Below are positions 56,570 through 64,000 of a DNA stretch of 64,000 bases, piece by piece. The translations under genes and the position numbers were made by a program. Origin of the DNA: Candidatus Thorarchaeota archaeon (GTDB taxonomy: Archaea; Asgardarchaeota; Thorarchaeia; Thorarchaeales; Thorarchaeaceae); contig JBHLQH010000019.1 in NCBI GenBank assembly GCA_048884965.1, positions 314-64,313 of the forward strand. Reading direction: 5' to 3'. The notes under the pieces are model-generated. The model was not told the DNA's origin. It was given only the letters and a program-made list of their open reading frames with translations, and did not search any database. How positions within the stretch are numbered: position 1 is the stretch's first letter; every line of letters begins with the position of its first letter.

Positions 56570-56789
56570 GATTCATGCTACTTCTTGTTGAACCATACAC
56601 AGAACGTATGAACACGAAGGAATTTGTTCGTTTTTGCGTCCAATGATAGCTCAGCTTTGAGGTAAGGTTTTTACTGAATTCTAGAAGAGAACCTAGCATA
56701 TATCTTCTTTTGGATGACATTGACTTGAACGGTAACTTTTATAGGTCAATCAGTTGGCAATCGAAGCATACGCACAGGAGCAATTGACC

Positions 56790-57185
56790 ATGTTCTGGGT
56801 ATTAATATTCCTGATTCCATTCTTGGCAATCATCTTGCTGTTCTTCATCTTCTGGATAGTACAAGAGGGTAGCCGTTGGCAGAAACACAGATTCCTCGGA
56901 GGATTCGCACGATTCATTCAATCCTCTGCAGGACGGGCTTTTGGTATTTTCGCATTCTTGACCTTCGCGATAGTACCTGCCACCCTTATGCTAATGGTAG
57001 GGGTATGGTGGGATGTTCTTGCAGAAGGTTCAGCTCCAAGCAACACTGTACCTGTCGTTAACACACTGCTTATCATGTTCGTCTTGCTTGCTGCAATGAT
57101 TCCAGTCCTATGGAGCAGCTACAGAACTTGGAGACAAGCAGTCAGAAGCGCCGCTGATGTTAGGGTACGAACTACCCAAGGCTAA
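56790..57185 (+). CDS. Small integral membrane protein (3 TM segments)
   Basis: ATG 56790 is preceded by AGGAG at 9 nt (the ORF track starts at TTG 56754). The product begins MFWVLIFLIPFLAIILLFFIFWIV and also contains FGIFAFLTFAIVPATLMLMVGVWW and LLIMFVLLAAMIPVLW. Confidence 0.65.
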   Translation: MFWVLIFLIPFLAIILLFFIFWIVQEGSRWQKHRFLGGFARFIQSSAGRAFGIFAFLTFAIVPATLMLMVGVWWDVLAEGSAPSNTVPVVNTLLIMFVLLAAMIPVLWSSYRTWRQAVRSAADVRVRTTQG

Positions 57186-57227
57186 GATTAGTCATCGGGA
57201 TATTCGCCCGGACATATCGAGAGATGG

Positions 57228-58214
57228 ATGCCCGAAGAACCGGGCATCCAGTTCCTTCTATTTCTGAATTCTGTGAGCTTGTTATGCATGAAAAGTGTAG
57301 ATTTTGGTAATGGATTTCATGTGGTCATTGGGGGAGAATTCCCTCTTTGCAATACACCAGTGATCTTGTCAGATGAAGTGACCGTTATCGATCCTGGATG
57401 TCGTCTTGAAGATTTGAGAGCGTTCCTAAAATCACATTCGATTGATTTCAATGAGATTGATAATGTAGTGCTTTCACACATCCATCCAGATCATATTACG
57501 CATGCGGCTAGAATCCAACGATTGGCAAAGGCAAAAATCATAGCCAATGAAATCACAGCACCTTGTTTCAACGACAAGGAAGAGATGAAAATGCTCCTTG
57601 GGTTCCATCCAAAACAGAAGGTTCGTCCATTCTGGGAACAGCTCGTAAACGACAGGATGTATGGTGCCCTTGATGACGGGAGTGTAGATATCGTACTTCA
57701 AGATAGAGAAACTCTTACTCTTGGAAATGTCGTGATGAGGACATTGTATACGCCAGGACACCTTCCAGATCACATGTGCTTGGAGTTCCCTGAAATAGGG
57801 TATGTCTTTGGAGCAGATATTGATTGCACAGATTTTGGTCCTTTCTATGGTCATCCAAGCTCATCGATTCCGCTCTTCAAGGAATCAATACAGATGCTTA
57901 GAGATATGGAATTCAAGGGACTTATCAGTGGGCATCTAGCAGACCCGCTGGTTGAGGATTATAAAGGAGCTCTGAAATCCTACGAGCTGCAAATCGACAT
58001 GAGAGATGACTTTGTCTTGATGGCTATCTCAGGCGGAGCTGGCACAATTGACGAAATTACAATGACTCCAATAATATATCGCTCGCTTTCCAATCTAGTA
58101 TTCTTGCAATTTGAGAAGTGGATGATCGAGCATCACGTGAACTCATTAGTTGTCGAAAAGCTAGTAGCAGTTGAGGATGATCGATACATAGCTAAGCAGA
58201 CGCCTTCATCCTAG
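57228..58214 (+). CDS. Metallo-beta-lactamase-fold hydrolase
   Basis: Motifs: VLSHIHPDHITH (HxHxDH), YTPGHLPDH, GADID, ISGH. The start may be ATG 57288. Confidence 0.8.
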   Translation: MPEEPGIQFLLFLNSVSLLCMKSVDFGNGFHVVIGGEFPLCNTPVILSDEVTVIDPGCRLEDLRAFLKSHSIDFNEIDNVVLSHIHPDHITHAARIQRLAKAKIIANEITAPCFNDKEEMKMLLGFHPKQKVRPFWEQLVNDRMYGALDDGSVDIVLQDRETLTLGNVVMRTLYTPGHLPDHMCLEFPEIGYVFGADIDCTDFGPFYGHPSSSIPLFKESIQMLRDMEFKGLISGHLADPLVEDYKGALKSYELQIDMRDDFVLMAISGGAGTIDEITMTPIIYRSLSNLVFLQFEKWMIEHHVNSLVVEKLVAVEDDRYIAKQTPSS

Positions 58215-58273
58215 GTGATTCCTCGATATAACAATGTTTAATCTGATTTTGGAAATTTCGACACTTCCACAGG

Positions 58274-58281
58274 TTTATATC
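58274..58281 (+). promoter_or_regulatory. Candidate archaeal TATA box TTTATATC upstream of the DUF255 gene
   Basis: It lies 35-42 nt upstream of the TTG start at 58316, in a 100-nt intergenic region. It is a sequence match only. Confidence 0.3.
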
Positions 58282-58315
58282 TAATTAACAATAGTAAATG
58301 ACGGGGCATTGAATT

Positions 58316-60418
58316 TTGCGAGTTGAATCAGATAACAGAGCAAACCGTTTGTCAGAAGAGAAGAGTCCATACCTACTACAGCATGCGCACAACCCAGTTG
58401 ATTGGTATCCTTGGACAGAAGAAGCATTCGAGAAAGCTAGAGCCGAGGATAAACCAATATTCCTCTCAGTTGGCTACTCTACCTGTCATTGGTGTCACGT
58501 GATGGCTCATGAATCGTTCGAAGATGAAGAGGTTGCTCAGCTGATGAACAACGCTTTTGTCAACATAAAAGTAGACAGAGAGGAAAGACCCGATATTGAC
58601 ATGATCTATATGCAAGTGGCACAAATGATGACTGGACGTGGGGGATGGCCACTTACGATAATCATGACTCCAGATAAGAAGCCCTTCTATGCAGATACAT
58701 ACATTCCAAAGACTGCGAGGTATAATAAACCGGGTTTGCTTGAGCTTATCCCAAGAATCAAAACTCTCTGGAAAACAGACCGTTCGAACATCAACGATGT
58801 GACAAAAAGAGTATTGGATACTCTGAAGGAGAAGACAGTTGCGGACAAACATGATTTGAGCGATTCCACCTTGGACTTGGCCTTCAAGGGTTTTGAGGAG
58901 AGATTCGATGAACTCCGAGGTGGTTTTGGTTCGGCGCCGAAGTTCCCATCTCCCCATAACTTGCTTTTCCTAATGAGATATTGGAAACGAACAGGAAATA
59001 AGAAAGCACTTCAAATTGTCGAGAAGACCCTTTATGAGATGAGAAAGGGAGGCATCTATGATCAAGTGGGGTTTGGTTTCCACCGATACTCAACTGATGC
59101 TAATTGGCTTTTACCTCATTTTGAAAAGATGCTCTATGACCAAGCGATGCATTTAATGGCATATACAGAAGCATATCAAATAACCAAGAAGGATGAGTAT
59201 AGGATAGTTGCCGAAGAAATCGTGACATACCTTAGGAGAGACCTACTTAGTTCAGAAGGAGGATTCTTCTCAGCGGAAGATGCAGACAGCGAGGGAGAAG
59301 AAGGCAAGTTCTATGTTTGGACTTTGGACGAAATCAAGAATCATCTTGACGAAAGAGAAGCCACAGTCTTCATAGAGATGTACAATATTATGGAAGAAGG
59401 GAACTTCTTTGATGAGGCAACAGGTCATCGTACTGGACAGAATATCCCGTACATCACTGAAACTCTCCATGAATATGCCAAGGGTATGAAAATTGATGAA
59501 ACTGAGCTACAAAAAATCATTGAATCAGCTCGGCAGAAGCTTATCGCTGTACGATCGACCAGAATTCGTCCACATTTGGATGACAAAGTTCTCACTGACT
59601 GGAATGCATTGATAATAGTCGCTCTTGCAAAAGCAGCAAGGGTGTTTGATAATGTAGAGTATCTGAATCTTGCTGAGAATGCACTCACATTCATCAATTC
59701 TACATTGCATGATGCGCAAGGTATCCTACTCCATAGATACAGAGATGGTGAAGCTACGATATCGGCGTTCTTAGATGATTACGCCTTTTTGATCTGGGCA
59801 CTGATAGAATTGTATCAAACCACATTCAAAGTGCAATATATCCAACAAGCCATGCAATACTTGGATGTGTTGATTTCAGAGTTCTGGGACCCAATGCAAG
59901 GTGGTCTATACTTCACTGGTATTCATAGTGAGAAAATATTGTCACGGCAAATAGAAGGATACGACGGAGCAATTCCCTCCGGAAACTCGGTGGCTATGTA
60001 TAACCTAATCAGGATGGGAAGGATGCTAGGCGCAATCGAGTATGAGGATAAGGCAATGAAAATCGCTGAGCACTTCTCAAGTATACTGAGCACTGCTGGG
60101 ACAGGGTTTAGTATGATGCTTATTGCCCTTGAATTCTCACTAGGTCCAACACATGAAATTGTAATTGCAGGTGATGCTGAAGCTTCTGAAACTATAGATA
60201 TGATTTCACTTCTTTCGAAAGAGTTCTTGCCAAGAGCGACTGTCCTCTTAAGGGGTACAGAGAATCAGAGAGCGATGCTATCAAAACTTGCTCCATACAC
60301 GAAATACCATGAATCCATCAAAAAGAAGCCCACAGCCTTTGTGTGTATAGAGAAGAACTGTAAACTTCCTACTACAGAAATTGGCCAAGTACGCGAACTC
60401 CTTAATATCAGAAGTTGA
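58316..60418 (+). CDS. Thioredoxin-domain protein of the DUF255 / YyaL (SPATA20-like) family
   Basis: The highly characteristic N-terminus is [60 protein letters not shown] long alpha/alpha-toroid-like C-terminal part follows. Confidence 0.9.
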   Translation: MRVESDNRANRLSEEKSPYLLQHAHNPVDWYPWTEEAFEKARAEDKPIFLSVGYSTCHWCHVMAHESFEDEEVAQLMNNAFVNIKVDREERPDIDMIYMQVAQMMTGRGGWPLTIIMTPDKKPFYADTYIPKTARYNKPGLLELIPRIKTLWKTDRSNINDVTKRVLDTLKEKTVADKHDLSDSTLDLAFKGFEERFDELRGGFGSAPKFPSPHNLLFLMRYWKRTGNKKALQIVEKTLYEMRKGGIYDQVGFGFHRYSTDANWLLPHFEKMLYDQAMHLMAYTEAYQITKKDEYRIVAEEIVTYLRRDLLSSEGGFFSAEDADSEGEEGKFYVWTLDEIKNHLDEREATVFIEMYNIMEEGNFFDEATGHRTGQNIPYITETLHEYAKGMKIDETELQKIIESARQKLIAVRSTRIRPHLDDKVLTDWNALIIVALAKAARVFDNVEYLNLAENALTFINSTLHDAQGILLHRYRDGEATISAFLDDYAFLIWALIELYQTTFKVQYIQQAMQYLDVLISEFWDPMQGGLYFTGIHSEKILSRQIEGYDGAIPSGNSVAMYNLIRMGRMLGAIEYEDKAMKIAEHFSSILSTAGTGFSMMLIALEFSLGPTHEIVIAGDAEASETIDMISLLSKEFLPRATVLLRGTENQRAMLSKLAPYTKYHESIKKKPTAFVCIEKNCKLPTTEIGQVRELLNIRS

Positions 60419-60502
60419 TGTGGCGCCTTCCCATAGCCTTATTTTGCTGTCGGAAAGCCCTCGTTCTTTAGAGGAAAAAATACTCTGGAGATACTGGGTC
60501 CT

Positions 60503-62659
60503 ATGAATTCAAACCTCTCAAGAATTTTGGCTTCAACGGTTCTATTGTACTGTCTTCTAGTTCCAATCACCTTGCAGCCAATAGCACTTTCCACTATTTC
60601 ACCTGAACTGCAAATGGGTGAATCACAATTGGCTCAAGTATATGAATTCCAAGTCTTTCATGGAGGGTCGATCGAGTCCATAAGGATAGTGGAGTATGAT
60701 ACATTAGAAGATGCATTAGATGCCATTGATTCAGGTGCGGCTGATCTGTTGGGTCATAGAGTGAATGAATCAGACTATTCCACTATTGATAGCTATGATA
60801 ATATCGAAGAACAGTGGGCTTATGACAACCAAGCATTCTTTCTTTCACTAAACGCAAAATACTATCCATTAAGCAACGAACATCTCCGGAGAGCTATTGC
60901 GTATGCAGTGAATAAGACTGACATTGTCGAGAATGCATTGGATGGACAAGTTGATGAACTTGATTTCGTCCTACCTCTCTTCAACGAATATTGTGTTGAA
61001 ACTGAGCAAGGCGGAGAGTACTATGATGCGGACCTAGTCAATGCAGTATACGAACTAGAGCTTGCTGGAATGCTTGATGTAGATGAAGATGGTGTTGTAG
61101 AAGGGCCAGATGGTAGTGAAGTCTGCATTCCAATTTGGTATCCTATTGATATCATTGGATTAAACGAAACGGTCAGTCTCATTTCTTTGAACTTGGATGT
61201 CGCAGGCATCAACAACACACTTGTCCCAATGAATTTCATTGATCTTCAATATGAGATAGCAAACCATAATCAGACATATGGGATTGCACTCTACCAGCAG
61301 GAACTGGATCAATATGCATATGAATGGACGGCAATGGCATTCCATGTTTCGCTGCAAAGCGAGCCAGGTTATAATATCGCAAACATCGATGATGATCAGC
61401 TAAATGACCTAGCAGAGGATTATATCGATGCCATTCAGCTTGATTCTGCTGAATCAATAGGATATCAAGCGATGATGCGAATATTCGATATCTGCCCCGT
61501 TATCCCACTCTTCAGCTATAGGTGGCTGTCAGTCTATTCAAATACGAATTTCGGGAATTGGCCAGATGACACCTATGCAGGAGCATTCAGTCTTTGGAGT
61601 CCTGTTACTGTCACTGCCATTGGAGCTTCCTCCGAGCTCGTCGTTGCAGTTCTTCCAACCTATTTTGATAATTTCTTCAAATCGTTGAATCCGTTTTATG
61701 AGAACACGACCATAGATCCTGATTGGATTGAAAGGCATTATTTCAATCCCTATTTACTCGTATATGACTCACCTATGGCAACCGCCCCTGATGGTCATGC
61801 AGTCCCTCGACATGCGACATCATGGGAGATGCAGTTTCTAGGCATTGTTCCAGACTTGACCAATGATGAATCTAGAGTGAATTACTACTCTGATCCCAAT
61901 GCTAATTGGACAGATGGGATGCCCATGGATGCTCAAGATTATCGCTTTACCTTTGAATATCTGCAAAACAACTCACTCTCTATCTATGCCAATGGAATTG
62001 ACGAAGTGAAGGTAACGGGAAGGTATCTTGCAGGTATTGAGTATGATTCCAGAGATATGTATTTGTTCAGAAAGTTCGGAGCTCTCCCGATTCTGCCTGA
62101 ACATATTTGGTCTGAAAGAAATGCGACGGGATGGAATCCAACAGTTGGAGATGTTATAGGTTCAGGACCTTTCTCATTCGAATCATTTACTCAAGGCAGT
62201 GAAGTAGTACTGGACGCTAATCCAAATTATTACCCTGAAATAGACACTGACGCCCCTACGCTACGTTCAATTTCATTCATTCCAGAAGCGCCTATTCCAG
62301 CGGAGAGCGTCGTGTTTCGGGTTTTCGTTGATGATCGAAGTATAGTGGAGAATGTGTCAATCTATTATACCTATCAAGTAGGTAGAATCAATTTCACTGA
62401 TTCCCAGATAATGGTTCAAGACGCCTCAGGATTTCAGGCAACAATCCCAGCGCGTGTGACAGCGAATGCCGTCATTTGGGAAATCCATGCAACTGATATC
62501 TGGGGTAACTCTGCAAAAATCGCTAACGGGTCATACTTCATGGATACTGGACCTCAAATTGAACCTCTAGACCTAACACTTCCTCTGTTGATTGCAGCTG
62601 GTTTTGGCATGATTGTAGTCATCTATGCGATTGTCCGGAGAAGAAGCAAAGTTCCATAA
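60503..62659 (+). CDS. Family-5 (peptide/nickel type) extracellular solute-binding protein with an extra C-terminal domain and a TM anchor
   Basis: The signal-like N-terminus is ILASTVLLYCLLVPITL. LRRAIAYAVNKTDIVENAL and VVLDANPNYYP are typical SBP_bac_5 patterns. The C-terminal TM is LPLLIAAGFGMIVVIYAIVRRRSKVP. Confidence 0.7.
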   Translation: MNSNLSRILASTVLLYCLLVPITLQPIALSTISPELQMGESQLAQVYEFQVFHGGSIESIRIVEYDTLEDALDAIDSGAADLLGHRVNESDYSTIDSYDNIEEQWAYDNQAFFLSLNAKYYPLSNEHLRRAIAYAVNKTDIVENALDGQVDELDFVLPLFNEYCVETEQGGEYYDADLVNAVYELELAGMLDVDEDGVVEGPDGSEVCIPIWYPIDIIGLNETVSLISLNLDVAGINNTLVPMNFIDLQYEIANHNQTYGIALYQQELDQYAYEWTAMAFHVSLQSEPGYNIANIDDDQLNDLAEDYIDAIQLDSAESIGYQAMMRIFDICPVIPLFSYRWLSVYSNTNFGNWPDDTYAGAFSLWSPVTVTAIGASSELVVAVLPTYFDNFFKSLNPFYENTTIDPDWIERHYFNPYLLVYDSPMATAPDGHAVPRHATSWEMQFLGIVPDLTNDESRVNYYSDPNANWTDGMPMDAQDYRFTFEYLQNNSLSIYANGIDEVKVTGRYLAGIEYDSRDMYLFRKFGALPILPEHIWSERNATGWNPTVGDVIGSGPFSFESFTQGSEVVLDANPNYYPEIDTDAPTLRSISFIPEAPIPAESVVFRVFVDDRSIVENVSIYYTYQVGRINFTDSQIMVQDASGFQATIPARVTANAVIWEIHATDIWGNSAKIANGSYFMDTGPQIEPLDLTLPLLIAAGFGMIVVIYAIVRRRSKVP

Positions 62660-62661
62660 TC

Positions 62662-64000
62662 CTATTGAGACGGTTTCGATCGAATCTGGAATATTGCATA
62701 AAGGACGGTTACACCTGCAGCGGCAGCTGCAAGAAGGATAAGTGGACCATAAACAATCAGAGGATTGTTGCTCCAGATTTCAGCAAGAGCATTCCCTGCG
62801 GCAAGCCAGCCATCAGCAACTCCTAGCAGATGAGTCGAGATTTGACCAAGCTCAGTCGAGTAGAGTGCCAATGTATTAGCCATATCTCCAGTTTCGTTAT
62901 ATTCAATGGACATCTCATAGAAGGTTTCGGAAACCAAACCATCAATGTATGTTAGATTTCCAGGGAATATCAGGGTGTTATTAGATGAGAGGGCATCCAT
63001 ATGAGGCAATGCATCTTCAGCAGATTGAACAAAGGTAGCAAGATCAATATCTGGTAGGAGAGAGGGCAGTTTCTCCACAGCCTTGCGAAATGATAGATAC
63101 TGAAGAGTTACTGCAGACTCAATTCCTAGTCCCATGAATAGCAGAATAGAGGATTTGAAAGCAACCTCATTATCTATACCATCAAATATAGAGAAGTACG
63201 CAGTAAGACCTGCTACTGAGAAATCCTCACTCATCTTTCTGAAGGCCTTTTCACCAAAATCCCAGAGATATGCACTAGAGCTTCCAGCCGCATAAACAGT
63301 ACCCACTCCAAGAAGCTTATCACGAATCATTGAGCCCAATCGAGAAGAGTAATCAGAAACTGGCGCATCAACTGGAATAAGCAGGTTGCTGATATAGTAT
63401 CTCTGGGACCAAGCATTATTGAGCGCAGTGTAAGTAATCTCTGTGTAATTACCTCGTCCATCGTCAGGATAACCAAATAGATCACCAAAGGAACCTACTC
63501 CTGGATCCATGATCTTTGCAGTACCAGACGTGTCGTTGTATCCTACAATGACAACTCCATGAGCACCTCCTGTGCTACTCTGGAGACGAAGAATGTCGTA
63601 GTCTGCAGGAGGAAGCCAAATGGGATCCACGCTTATAATCAGGGGATAGCCTGCATCGATCGAATTTCTCATCAATGCAAAAGCCTCAACCTCTCCGCCA
63701 AGTATGCCAACATTAATTCCCTGTGATTCCCAGTATTGCTCATATTCAGCTGCACCAGTGAGGTCTCCTGAAAGGTAGATTGTGTAGTTGACACCGTGAA
63801 GATCAGCAAGGAAGTCTAGAGGTTCAGCTTGTGTATAGATTGCACCTGGATAAGTTAGAATAGTATCATTATAATGGATGTAGGCATAGGAAAAACCAAT
63901 GGTGGACACAGCAAATACATCATGAAGATCTAGATCAACATCTATGTATTGCAATGCTATCGACGCTGCAGCCCACCCGCAGAAACCGTTTATCTCCTGC
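62662..64000 (-). CDS. Papain-like (C39-type) cysteine peptidase domain protein, C-terminally membrane-anchored; the N-terminus lies beyond the window end
   Basis: The frame stays open upstream of the track's TTG start (63954) to position 64000 and reads ..QEINGFCGWAAASIALQYIDVD, a catalytic-Cys-type motif. GGAHGVVIVGYNDTSGTAKIMDPG is the His/Asp-type motif. The C-terminal TM is PLILLAAAAAGVTVLYAIFQIRSK. Confidence 0.7.
   Translation of the reverse strand, partial: QEINGFCGWAAASIALQYIDVDLDLHDVFAVSTIGFSYAYIHYNDTILTYPGAIYTQAEPLDFLADLHGVNYTIYLSGDLTGAAEYEQYWESQGINVGILGGEVEAFALMRNSIDAGYPLIISVDPIWLPPADYDILRLQSSTGGAHGVVIVGYNDTSGTAKIMDPGVGSFGDLFGYPDDGRGNYTEITYTALNNAWSQRYYISNLLIPVDAPVSDYSSRLGSMIRDKLLGVGTVYAAGSSSAYLWDFGEKAFRKMSEDFSVAGLTAYFSIFDGIDNEVAFKSSILLFMGLGIESAVTLQYLSFRKAVEKLPSLLPDIDLATFVQSAEDALPHMDALSSNNTLIFPGNLTYIDGLVSETFYEMSIEYNETGDMANTLALYSTELGQISTHLLGVADGWLAAGNALAEIWSNNPLIVYGPLILLAAAAAGVTVLYAIFQIRSKPSQ

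Noticed and set aside
56570-56753. 184-nt intergenic region, plus the other gaps (32699-32802, 58215-58315, 60419-60502), inspected for tRNA or small RNA genes
   Set aside because: No cloverleaf-compatible acceptor/T-arm pairing, no GTTCRANYC-like T-loop and no strong conserved-looking hairpins were seen by eye. A proper tRNAscan/Infernal run is still needed.
1-64000. Mobile element, prophage or defence island
   Set aside because: No integrase, transposase, terminal inverted repeats, restriction-modification, Cas or toxin-antitoxin signatures were recognised. The surface-protein block shows no obvious flanking direct repeats or adjacent tRNA.

Overview
This is an archaeal-type chromosomal segment. 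Evidence: PurP-type purine pathway, type-2 IPP isomerase, ATP-dependent DNA ligase, ADP-forming acyl-CoA synthetase, GGAGG Shine-Dalgarno sites and many 4-nt ATGA/GTGA gene overlaps. The lineage cannot be assigned from sequence alone. All family calls come from motif recognition by eye; no searches were run. The window is almost fully coding and falls into three blocks.

(i) 1-22.5 kb is a cell-surface island. It starts with a repeat-rich secreted protein that the ORF track misses (1-2746, minus strand), followed by a TPR plus 1067-aa HEAT-repeat pair. It also holds a membrane-anchored protein with an extracellular DJ-1/PfpI-like domain. A 12.4-kb minus-strand operon encodes 1581-aa, 1957-aa and 606-aa secreted proteins carrying thrombospondin-type-3-like calcium repeats, FG-GAP/integrin-like and NHL propellers, a papain-like peptidase motif and an FN3 domain.

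(ii) 22.5-32.7 kb contains a PadR regulator overlapping a BtrH-like protein, and a TPR protein. It also contains the most interesting locus: a tight three-gene operon with an 895-aa all-helical protein, a divergent FtsZ/tubulin-superfamily GTPase and a 357-aa helical protein. This operon is transcribed divergently from a WD40-like plus coiled-coil protein.

(iii) 32.8-64 kb is housekeeping. It includes the acyl-CoA synthetase alpha subunit and IDI-2. A 12-kb purine super-operon runs purN-purF-purP-purP'-purC/S-purQ-purL-purE/M-purD-guaA with two gene fusions. Further genes are an HDAC, an amidohydrolase, and a DNA ligase followed by a TGT-fold (DpdA-like?) protein. The block ends with an MBL hydrolase, a DUF255 thioredoxin-domain protein, an orphan membrane-anchored family-5 solute-binding protein and a 5'-truncated papain-like peptidase.

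No rRNA, tRNA, CRISPR array, transposase or integrase was recognised.
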